Assembly (NCBI GenBank): GCA_048939625.1
Contig: JBHLPH010000028.1
Span: 1-20,123, forward strand
DNA: 20,123 bases
Origin: Promethearchaeota archaeon
GTDB taxonomy: Archaea > Asgardarchaeota > Hermodarchaeia > Hermodarchaeales > Hermodarchaeaceae
Reading direction: 5' to 3'
Below, in pieces: positions 1-7,711 of this stretch (positions within the stretch are counted from its first letter, which is position 1; each line of letters begins with the position of its first letter). Position numbers and translations under genes: made by a program. A model generated the notes under the pieces. It made no database searches. It had not been told where the DNA came from and saw only the letters and a list, made by a program, of their open reading frames with translations.

Positions 1-1634
1 AAGTTGGAGATATCCGCTTTAGTCTGAGATAGATCGCTTTCAGCTTCAGTTAATCCAGTTATTTGTTCCTCTATTGAAGCTAGTTGTTCGGTGAGAGAGG
101 CTGCTCCTGCTTCGAGTTTTAAGTAATTCTGCTCAGCTGCCCGAAACGCGTCCAGTAGTTCTGTGGCATTCGGTTCATTGGGTATTTCTATTCCCTCAAG
201 AAGCGGGGAAGAGAGCGACCCAAACTGGGTTTGGATGTGCTCACAGTTCTGAGAGATTTGAATTGCTAAATTATCTTTACGCGTTCGTTGTTCTTGCAGC
301 TGTTCTTGGAATGCCTCTTTTGCTCGAAAATCAGCTATTTGCTCACCTAATTGCTCCTCTTTTGTCCGAAGTTGTTCTAATTTGGGTGCTGATTGCTTGT
401 ACCTGAGATAAACACGACTTAAGTAGAGTAAGAATGGAATGGCTGTAAGTATCAACACAATCCCAATAAGGAGATTAAAAAAGGCTGTTCCGATGCCTGC
501 GGCAGTGAGACCAATGGCTGGGATATAGAGTAGTGGTGAGAAAATCTGTTTCTGGCTTGCTTCAGCCTCCTGGCGTTGTGCTTTCACCCGCTCGTATTCA
601 ACCATGACATCATCAATCGGTGTCAGTCCCTCAAGTTGGCCTTCTAAGCCACTAATGGCTTCAGAAATCATTTGCTGTTTATCAAGGAGGGTTCGGAGCC
701 GATGTGAATTCTCCTGAAGAATTTTTACTGTTTTGGTATCCTCAGCTAGATGGTCTAACTGTTTTTGCTGTTTTTTGAGGCGCTTTTGCTGGGATTGGAG
801 TTTGGGGGCATTTGCGAGCTGTTTTATTAGCCGCTGCTTAGTTTCGGTTCGAAATGTGATTTCGCGTTGTAATTCCTCTTGTTTATCTTGAATCTCCTTG
901 TATGCTTTCACCGCAGTGTAACTTTTTTCTGTTTGAGCAAGAACCTGGCTCATTTCCTTTAGTTGTGCATCAAGCTGGGTTAGTTCTTCCTGCTTGATTT
1001 CCTTTTCTTCGGATTGTTTGAGGAAGTCTTCCTTGCGGCGTTGCAGTTGTTCTAAGGCGTTTCTTTCGGGATCTAACGCTTTTTTCATTGGTCGAAGTTC
1101 TAATGCAAGTTTCTCATCGGCTCGAGAGAAACATTCTCGACCCATCATAGCATTAATGACATGACGCCGTTCCATCTTGGGCATCTGGGCCAACCGATCT
1201 AAGTCCTTTTGCAGGACTACATTACTGGCAAGGAGGTCACTGAGTGTTATACCGTTAAGGAGGGAAGAGATCTCCTTATCAACTTCTTTTACACCGGTGG
1301 CCAATGTTGTGCTTTGACCAGAAGATCCAATTTTATGCAGAGTAGCGTGAGAAGGGCGTTTACGGTGGATTCTTCGTGTGATCCGATACTGTGTGTTTTC
1401 AAGTTCAAAATACAATTGAACAAGACATTGATCAGCATCATAATTGATTATCCGGTCTTTTTGTCCCATGGGCGCTTTATGGGTACGTCCAAAGAAGGCA
1501 AAGAGGATTGCTTCAAAAACGCTTGATTTTCCGGATTCGTTTGCTCCACTAACTGCCAGGATACCTACGGGGAATTTGATGTCCACATCGAGATGTTTGA
1601 AATCTTTGGTGATAAGTTGACGAAGAACGACCAT
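1..1634 (-). CDS. rad50: Rad50/SbcC-like SMC-family ATPase with an internal transmembrane hairpin (3' end truncated by window edge)
   Basis: Manual translation from ATG 1634 (1 nt after the mre11 stop) stays open to the window edge (544 aa): MVVLRQLITKDFKHLDVDIKFPVGILAVSGANESGKSSVFEAILFAFFG... It has a Walker A (GANESGKS), a Q-loop-like VVLQKDLD, then a long E/Q/K-rich coiled coil. It is the last gene of nurA-herA-mre11. Not in the supplied ORF track because there is no stop within the window. Confidence 0.93.
   Translation of the reverse strand, partial: MVVLRQLITKDFKHLDVDIKFPVGILAVSGANESGKSSVFEAILFAFFGRTHKAPMGQKDRIINYDADQCLVQLYFELENTQYRITRRIHRKRPSHATLHKIGSSGQSTTLATGVKEVDKEISSLLNGITLSDLLASNVVLQKDLDRLAQMPKMERRHVINAMMGRECFSRADEKLALELRPMKKALDPERNALEQLQRRKEDFLKQSEEKEIKQEELTQLDAQLKEMSQVLAQTEKSYTAVKAYKEIQDKQEELQREITFRTETKQRLIKQLANAPKLQSQQKRLKKQQKQLDHLAEDTKTVKILQENSHRLRTLLDKQQMISEAISGLEGQLEGLTPIDDVMVEYERVKAQRQEAEASQKQIFSPLLYIPAIGLTAAGIGTAFFNLLIGIVLILTAIPFLLYLSRVYLRYKQSAPKLEQLRTKEEQLGEQIADFRAKEAFQEQLQEQRTRKDNLAIQISQNCEHIQTQFGSLSSPLLEGIEIPNEPNATELLDAFRAAEQNYLKLEAGAASLTEQLASIEEQITGLTEAESDLSQTKADISN
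420..545 (-). other. Coding segment for a predicted two-helix transmembrane hairpin within Rad50 (aa ~364-405)
   Basis: Translates to IFSPLLYIPAIGLTAAGIGTAFFNLLIGIVLILTAIPFLLYL: 42 residues with no charged amino acid, flanked by ...EASQKQ and SRVYLRYKQ..., with coiled coil on both sides. Confidence 0.85.
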
Positions 1635-1635
1635 C

Positions 1636-2799
1636 TTACCACCCTCCTGATTCTTCGAGAAGCGTTATACCTTGCTCTAGGGCATTTTGCAGTAACTTCT
1701 TCTTCTTGGAATCCGTTTCTTGTTTGATTCGCTCGAGGACAAACTCTCGATATTCGGTCTTTGGTGGTTTCAGTTCTGCTTCAGGTATAAGAAAATCGGG
1801 ATCAGGGCTTACATATTCTAGGTCATCAATAATTTCGGTTGAAAAGCATTTGGCGAAGCCATGACGAACAACCTCGGTTCGTCGGTATAACTCAGCAGAT
1901 TTGATGGTCATAACCCCTTTCAGTCGAAAACGAAGTATCAGCTGGGGATTCCGTAGACGAGTTATTTCTTTGATAAGTAACTGGTTGATATTGGCATCTT
2001 TCGGAATTGCTACGTCGATGGTTTTCATAGGTCGGGTGGATACTGGAATTTGTTTGATTTCCTGTACGCCATCAGTGTCAACTTCGAGCCATACAAAGCC
2101 CTTCTTTTGGCTTTCTTCTGAAAAGGTAACATGCTCTGTACTTCCAGGGGTACAAATTGTCGTATTTCCTACCTTTTGCTTTTGGAATTCGTGGTTGTGT
2201 CCGGCAGCTAGATAGGTGAGTTTCTTAGGAACTGATTTGAGGAGAATATCAGGTTCATGTGGGAAGGTACCCCGAAGCCCTTCTACATTGTAGTGTGCAA
2301 GAAGGATGTTCACATCGCCTTTTCCAGGGATAGATAACTGGTAGAGAGGATCTTCAGTAGGAAGTAGCTGTGGATTAAATGACAACCCAGATATTTCCAC
2401 TTCGAGGTTATCGATATTTGTTGTGTTGGTTTGGATAGTTTCCCAATCTTGAAAGAAGTGAACGAAACCAGCACGGGCATATTCGAGTAAGGGGGCAACG
2501 CCATGTCGACGAGCCCGAGGAACATCATGATTGCCACTGATAATGTAGACGGGAATCTGTTTTTCGGAGAGCTTTCGAAAGGCTTCCATAACGTGAGCAC
2601 GGACTGGGTTGCGTGGGTTTAATCCATCAAAGAGGTCTCCGGAATGGAGAAAGAGGTCAGGTTTCTTTTCGAGAGCATAAGTAATAACAGAATCAAATGC
2701 CTTGAGAAAGTCCCGTTTCCGTTCATACCGTCGAGCCTGGAATTTTACGGCAGGGATGTCTAGATGGGTGTCTGATGTGTGGAGAATGGTAATAGGCAC
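1636..2799 (-). CDS. mre11: Mre11/SbcD-family (YhaO-like) DNA repair metallophosphoesterase nuclease
   Basis: Calcineurin-like motifs HTSDTHLD, SGDLFD, SGNHD, LLAH, AGHNH and PGS, plus a capping domain (ILRFRLKG). GTG start; lies between herA and rad50. Confidence 0.93.
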   Translation of the reverse strand: MPITILHTSDTHLDIPAVKFQARRYERKRDFLKAFDSVITYALEKKPDLFLHSGDLFDGLNPRNPVRAHVMEAFRKLSEKQIPVYIISGNHDVPRARRHGVAPLLEYARAGFVHFFQDWETIQTNTTNIDNLEVEISGLSFNPQLLPTEDPLYQLSIPGKGDVNILLAHYNVEGLRGTFPHEPDILLKSVPKKLTYLAAGHNHEFQKQKVGNTTICTPGSTEHVTFSEESQKKGFVWLEVDTDGVQEIKQIPVSTRPMKTIDVAIPKDANINQLLIKEITRLRNPQLILRFRLKGVMTIKSAELYRRTEVVRHGFAKCFSTEIIDDLEYVSPDPDFLIPEAELKPPKTEYREFVLERIKQETDSKKKKLLQNALEQGITLLEESGGW

Positions 2800-2805
2800 C
2801 GGTAA

Positions 2806-4437
2806 TCAGACCTCGGAGAATGCTCCCTTGAGCTTAGTTTCTTCTTTGCGTTCTTTGGCTAGTTTTTTGTCAATACCCGTAGCTTTTCGGGCTTTTTTAA
2901 GCCGCTCCACTACGTCGATATCAGCTCCGCCTTCCTTTGTTATTCGGGGTCGGACCTTCACCATGACCGGCGTCCTAGTTATATCACCGACAACAACGGC
3001 TTCTCCAACATTGAGACCAGGAAGATCTGAAATTAAATCTTCACTTAGACGTTCGGAGGATTGAGCAATAGCATTCTGATCGCGGGGATTTGTGATTTTG
3101 AGTACAATCTGGCTATTGCATTGACTCAGGCTGTCGGGATGGATTCGACCGGGTCGTTGGCTAATGAGAAGTAAGAAAATACCGAATTTTCGGCCTTCTT
3201 GGGCAATTCGACGGATAATGCGGGCAGAGTAAGTAAGGGTTTCAGGGGGGACGAAATTGTGAGCTTCTTCGACCACAATGAACACGGGATAAGCGAATTC
3301 ATCAGTGACAACAGCTTCGAAAACATCACGTAAAAGACGGCTGACGATATAATCCGTGCTGCGGTTTCCTAGCCCTGAGAGGTCTACGACCGACGCATGA
3401 TAGGGTTTAATGATGTTATTGATGGGAACGCCACTCCGTGAAAAGACACGAAGTCTTCGAAGACGTTGAATGTACTTAATTGCATTTCGAGCGCCAGCTC
3501 GCGTGTCCTTGTTCGCTTCCTCATCTTGAGCGACGGTGTTCAGCTCATTGATAATATCTTCCATTAGATAGACAACGTTTCGCTCTTTTAGACGATTTAA
3601 GGCTGCTTCGAGACCTGCACGGATGACCGTGAAGCTCTCACCAATAGCACAGATGTCGCAGAGTTCATCAAAATCTAAATCTGCAAGGCGCACTGTGTAT
3701 TCTTCCACTCGTCCGATATCTTTCTTACTATATCGACCTGTACTTTCGGGATTTTGGAAAACAGTAACATGGTCTGAAAAATCGTGTTTCGCCCCCGTTT
3801 CGGTTTGGCTTAGAAAAACGTAATCTGCGTGTGGATCAATAACGATAACAGTAGCGCCTCGTTGCATGAGTTCCTCGATGAGCACACCTGTGAGGTAACT
3901 TTTTCCTGCACCGGTCTGAGCGAGAATTGCTACATGGCGTCGGAACCCATTGATACGAATATTGACTGGAATTTGTGGGCGGGAAATTAGGTTTCCAATA
4001 TGGAGGCTAGCGTCGGGAGGATAGGCATAGAATTGTGCAAGAAGATGATCTGGTGCTATGTAAATTGGATTACCAGGTGTGACAGCCCGCCGGGGAAGAA
4101 GAATTCGAGGTGGGTGCCCCTTTTTGGTTGGGGTGAGATATCCAAGAACGCGGGCAACACCCCATGTTTTGACATCATCAATATGGGCTTCCTTGATTCG
4201 GGTGATAGCATCAAAATCGAGGTCCCGACGAAGGGCAAGGCTTTGGGAGGTAATACGTTCCACTTGGGCAAGTACTTGTACTTTTATTAGTGTACCTTCG
4301 ACGAGTTCTTCAGATTCAACCGTGAGATATTCGTATTTCTGTGGGTATCGTTTTCGTTCACTAGCAAAATAAAATTCGGTGGCTCTGGCTTCTTCAACAA
4401 TATAGCCGACCGGGTCACCATCACGTGATTCAGGCAT
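2806..4437 (-). CDS. herA: HerA bipolar DNA helicase/translocase
   Basis: N-terminal HAS-barrel-like region, Walker A RHVAILAQTGAGKSY, IDPH, Walker B VVEEAHNF, EGRKFG, SQRP and LPGLNVGEAVVVG. Overlaps the nurA stop by 8 nt. Confidence 0.95.
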   Translation of the reverse strand: MPESRDGDPVGYIVEEARATEFYFASERKRYPQKYEYLTVESEELVEGTLIKVQVLAQVERITSQSLALRRDLDFDAITRIKEAHIDDVKTWGVARVLGYLTPTKKGHPPRILLPRRAVTPGNPIYIAPDHLLAQFYAYPPDASLHIGNLISRPQIPVNIRINGFRRHVAILAQTGAGKSYLTGVLIEELMQRGATVIVIDPHADYVFLSQTETGAKHDFSDHVTVFQNPESTGRYSKKDIGRVEEYTVRLADLDFDELCDICAIGESFTVIRAGLEAALNRLKERNVVYLMEDIINELNTVAQDEEANKDTRAGARNAIKYIQRLRRLRVFSRSGVPINNIIKPYHASVVDLSGLGNRSTDYIVSRLLRDVFEAVVTDEFAYPVFIVVEEAHNFVPPETLTYSARIIRRIAQEGRKFGIFLLLISQRPGRIHPDSLSQCNSQIVLKITNPRDQNAIAQSSERLSEDLISDLPGLNVGEAVVVGDITRTPVMVKVRPRITKEGGADIDVVERLKKARKATGIDKKLAKERKEETKLKGAFSEV

Positions 4438-5767
4438 GACGAACCCTCCTTTCGCGACGTTTGAGTATTAATGGTATTTTCAACTCTTTTTCTATTAATG
4501 GTTCATACAATTTTCTTACATCACTCATGGGTAGACGGGCCTCCTGATCGGCTTTCACTAAATAGACATTATACAGCTCTAATCCCCCATACTCACCGCG
4601 CAAGGTTCCTAGGACTTCCTTGACCCGAGCGGGAGGTGGGTCGAGTAAGCGCGATGCTGCAATTTGGGAAATTCGGGTCGGGAGTCCGGCACTAAATGCA
4701 GGCATATCAATTCTCATTGGAGTATCGTTATACGCGAATTTCGCACAAAACGTCACAAATGTCGGAATTTGAAAGAAATTCTTCATTACAGGGATAGCCC
4801 ACTCCTCAAAGGCTTCCTCACGATCATAATCATTGTAGGCATCAACAAACCTCCGGCGGACATAAGCTGCCGGGTCTTTCGATTCGTATTTGAAGAGTGG
4901 AACATCCGGGTAAGGTTCAATTGGTGTTGTATAGCCAGCAGTTTTAGCCCATGCATAAATCAGCGAAAAATCGGGTCGTGGACGTCGAAGTTCATAAAGA
5001 AGATCCCAAACAAGATCATACTGGTTGCTACTAAGATCGAGCGCCTTTAAGATACTTCTAGCGGATAGCGATTGTTTCTTTTCAATATCGAAGAGCTGGT
5101 TCAATTGGTCGATTTTCGATGACGAGAGTGCAGGACTGAGATTCTTTATGATATCAGTCTTAAGGGACTCGAGTAGCATTCGTGTGAGGTGGCGTGCGAC
5201 CGAATCTTTACTAATGCCGAGAATCAGGATTTTTCGTTTCCGGCATTCTTCAAGGAGTTGCATAAAGGTCTGCAAATACCGGAGATACAAATCCCTTTCA
5301 CCAGGATAATTGAATGCAATTGGCACATGTGTAATTCGACCATACAAGGACCCATCAAGTAGCACTAAATCGACATCCGAAGTGTCTTGTACCGCCTGAA
5401 GTGCTACCTGATGTTCGATGTGTTCAGAACGAATACTTGCAAGGTCGATAAGTTGTTCACGGGGAGATGCAATCATGTGGGCATTTGAAGACAGTTGCCG
5501 GTAAGTCTGACCCCAAGAGGTGATAGCGCTTGCTCGGCAAATGTACATAAAGGAACCAAGAGCATATTCACGGGTTGAACGCCCACTATCCACAGCAATA
5601 ACTCGTAAATCGGATTTGAGTTCTGAAGGTAGGTCATGCCATTCTTGTTGAAAGGCCGTTTTCAAAAGTCCATCAAGTTCTGTAGATTCTTCACCTGTAA
5701 GTCGACGTCGAAAGGCATCACGTTTTTCCTGCAACTCGGTTAGGAATAAATCGAGAAAATGTGGCAT
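4430..5767 (-). CDS. nurA: NurA 5'-3' nuclease
   Basis: Motifs IAVDSG, LVLLDGSL, ILGISKDS, MRID and C-terminal YNVYLVKADQEARL; directly upstream of herA. ATG 5767 is preferred over GTG 5794. Confidence 0.9.
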   Translation of the reverse strand: MPHFLDLFLTELQEKRDAFRRRLTGEESTELDGLLKTAFQQEWHDLPSELKSDLRVIAVDSGRSTREYALGSFMYICRASAITSWGQTYRQLSSNAHMIASPREQLIDLASIRSEHIEHQVALQAVQDTSDVDLVLLDGSLYGRITHVPIAFNYPGERDLYLRYLQTFMQLLEECRKRKILILGISKDSVARHLTRMLLESLKTDIIKNLSPALSSSKIDQLNQLFDIEKKQSLSARSILKALDLSSNQYDLVWDLLYELRRPRPDFSLIYAWAKTAGYTTPIEPYPDVPLFKYESKDPAAYVRRRFVDAYNDYDREEAFEEWAIPVMKNFFQIPTFVTFCAKFAYNDTPMRIDMPAFSAGLPTRISQIAASRLLDPPPARVKEVLGTLRGEYGGLELYNVYLVKADQEARLPMSDVRKLYEPLIEKELKIPLILKRRERRVRHA

Positions 5768-5943
5768 AGACCGTCGCCCCACTGTCTGGTTCACAGATGC
5801 TGGATTGACGCCTTTAAACCTAACCCACGCAAGACGATAAGTTAACTAAAAGCAAATTACTTTGTAGCATTCGGATAATCCTATTAGCAGCCAAAACTTT
5901 ATTGGTGACATATATACCATCGGCTCACAATTGATTTGAAGAC

Positions 5944-6348
5944 GTGATGAAATTAATGCAGCTTGAACTAGTTTTTCTGTTACTGGTTGGAGTGCAACTA
6001 CTCAGTTTTTTTGTCGGGGTTGTTTTGCTATTTATTGCACTTTTCTTTGCTTCCCGAATCGTGACTAATCGTTTGGTGTCAATCAAAGAGGCGTTTATTG
6101 GTGCCCTTGCAACCCTGGTTATTTATCAAATCTGTGGATTAATTCTCTTCTTTGTGAATCCCAGCTATAGTGATCTAATCGCGCTCATCATTGCAGTAAT
6201 TGCCCTTACATTACTATTATACAAATACATCGATATTGGAATTTTCAGCAGTGTTGCCCTTGTCATGCTCTGTTTAGCCATTTTACTTGCTATCCAAGTA
6301 TTTGAAACTGTCATCGGTTACATTTTCTTTGTCCCTCTCCCGGGATAA
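5944..6348 (+). CDS. Small multi-pass membrane protein (about 4 TM), paralog 1
   Basis: 134-aa, almost entirely hydrophobic ORF with short polar loops (SRIVTNRLVSIKEA; YKYIDIG). The start could be 5944, 5947 or 5956. Confidence 0.75.
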   Translation: MMKLMQLELVFLLLVGVQLLSFFVGVVLLFIALFFASRIVTNRLVSIKEAFIGALATLVIYQICGLILFFVNPSYSDLIALIIAVIALTLLLYKYIDIGIFSSVALVMLCLAILLAIQVFETVIGYIFFVPLPG

Positions 6349-6458
6349 CAAAAGCCAGGCAACAAGGACTGCTCCTAGTAAAATTTTGCATTGGCAACGA
6401 AACTATAAAGGGAAGGAATTGGCTACTGGTAATAACCACCAAAAAGGTGACTACAACC

Positions 6459-6878
6459 ATGCTTATCCCTGAATTAATTTTCGCGGGTATTTCATTTCTC
6501 ATCATTTGGATATTTGGTTCGATCATCCTCTGGTTAGCAGGAAAAGTCGTATCCGGTTACAACGCTAAATTCACTGATGCTCTGTGGATTTCACTCATTG
6601 GCGCTATCATTCAAACGTTACTTGGTTTGGCAATGACCTTCTTCGTAATTCCACTGCTTCCCGCAGGATTACTCGGTCTTATTCTAGGAACAGTAGTACC
6701 ACTAATCATTGTTCTAATCGTCTACATCTGGCTGATCATGCATTTCTTTGATACGGGATTCCTTGGAGCCTTGGCTGTCGGAATACTGTATTTCATATTC
6801 ATGATCATCATCGGCATCGTCCTAATAATAATTGGTGCGATTCTCCTAGTATTCCTCATTATGATATTTGGTCCTTAG
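6459..6878 (+). CDS. Small multi-pass membrane protein (about 4 TM), paralog 2
   Basis: Hydrophobic ORF with loops AGKVVSGYNAKFTDA and MHFFDTG that match the upstream paralog. ATG 6459 follows a GGTGA SD-like motif; the ORF track start is GTG 6447. Confidence 0.8.
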   Translation: MLIPELIFAGISFLIIWIFGSIILWLAGKVVSGYNAKFTDALWISLIGAIIQTLLGLAMTFFVIPLLPAGLLGLILGTVVPLIIVLIVYIWLIMHFFDTGFLGALAVGILYFIFMIIIGIVLIIIGAILLVFLIMIFGP

Positions 6879-6907
6879 AATATGTGAAGGGCGAGTCAAT
6901 GCGTTGA

Positions 6908-6935
6908 CTTCCCTTCCCTCTCTTCTTTTTTCTCC
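6908..6935 (+). terminator. Pyrimidine/oligo-T tract, candidate archaeal terminator
   Basis: cttcccttccctctcttcttttttctcc lies about 30 nt after the 6878 stop, between convergent genes. Confidence 0.4.
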
Positions 6936-6955
6936 AGACACGTTTTCCTATCTTT

Positions 6956-7672
6956 CTAAGGAGGTTTTGTGGCAAGTATCCAGAAGATGGGTGTATAGAT
7001 TATCTTGGGTAACACCCATTCAACACCTTTTTCTTGAAGCAGGAGAGCTTCGGAATGAATCTCTGCACATATTGTTGGGAGATCAAAATTCCAAGATAAT
7101 ATTCCGAATCGGATTGATTGAAATGCTAATTCCTGTAATTCTCCAGGAAGATGGCCCCCAGTGAATGGATCAGCACCAAGCCTTGTTAGCGTTGTTACAA
7201 TAGGATATGGGGGTTTCGGAGTGCTACTTGAACCCCTTTCGTATATTTCAATTCTACCCGCATAATCAGGTTCAATACAAGCTAAAGTCCCATGTGGAGA
7301 GAGCACGTCATGAAGTTCCTGCAGAGCCTTTATTCTTTCAGCAATCCACATTATTGTAAAATGGCACAAGGCGAAATCTGCTGTTGCACCTTGGAATGGG
7401 AGAGCAGTCGCATCTGCGAGAAGATAATGCACGTTTTGATTTTTAGACGCAGTTGATAATCCTGAGCGAATTAACTGTTGATTAATGTCAAAGCCGATTA
7501 CAGTGCTATGGGAAATGGTTTCTGCTATCTCGGGAGTGATAGGTCCCGCACCACAACCAACGTCTAAGCAAATGGGGGCATGTGTCCACCTAGCTTGTTG
7601 GTAGAAAAACTGGCGCGTGGGTGCGGTACGCTCAGCTTGGTCGCAAAGGAATTCTTGAGTATAGGGTTGCAC
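6956..7672 (-). CDS. Class I SAM-dependent methyltransferase
   Basis: Motif I CLDVGCGAG, GFDIN, ADATALPF, and VLSPHG followed by IEPDY; 39 nt downstream of the radical SAM gene on the same strand. Confidence 0.88.
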   Translation of the reverse strand: MQPYTQEFLCDQAERTAPTRQFFYQQARWTHAPICLDVGCGAGPITPEIAETISHSTVIGFDINQQLIRSGLSTASKNQNVHYLLADATALPFQGATADFALCHFTIMWIAERIKALQELHDVLSPHGTLACIEPDYAGRIEIYERGSSSTPKPPYPIVTTLTRLGADPFTGGHLPGELQELAFQSIRFGILSWNFDLPTICAEIHSEALLLQEKGVEWVLPKIIYTPIFWILATKPP

Positions 7673-7711
7673 CAGTGTGTGCCTCCCAACAGGAGATTTA
7701 GGTAGAGTATT

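Noticed and set aside
1209-1526. 105-aa plus-strand ORF in the ORF track
   Set aside because: It is an antisense shadow of the rad50 ATPase head, which has clear motifs on the minus strand.
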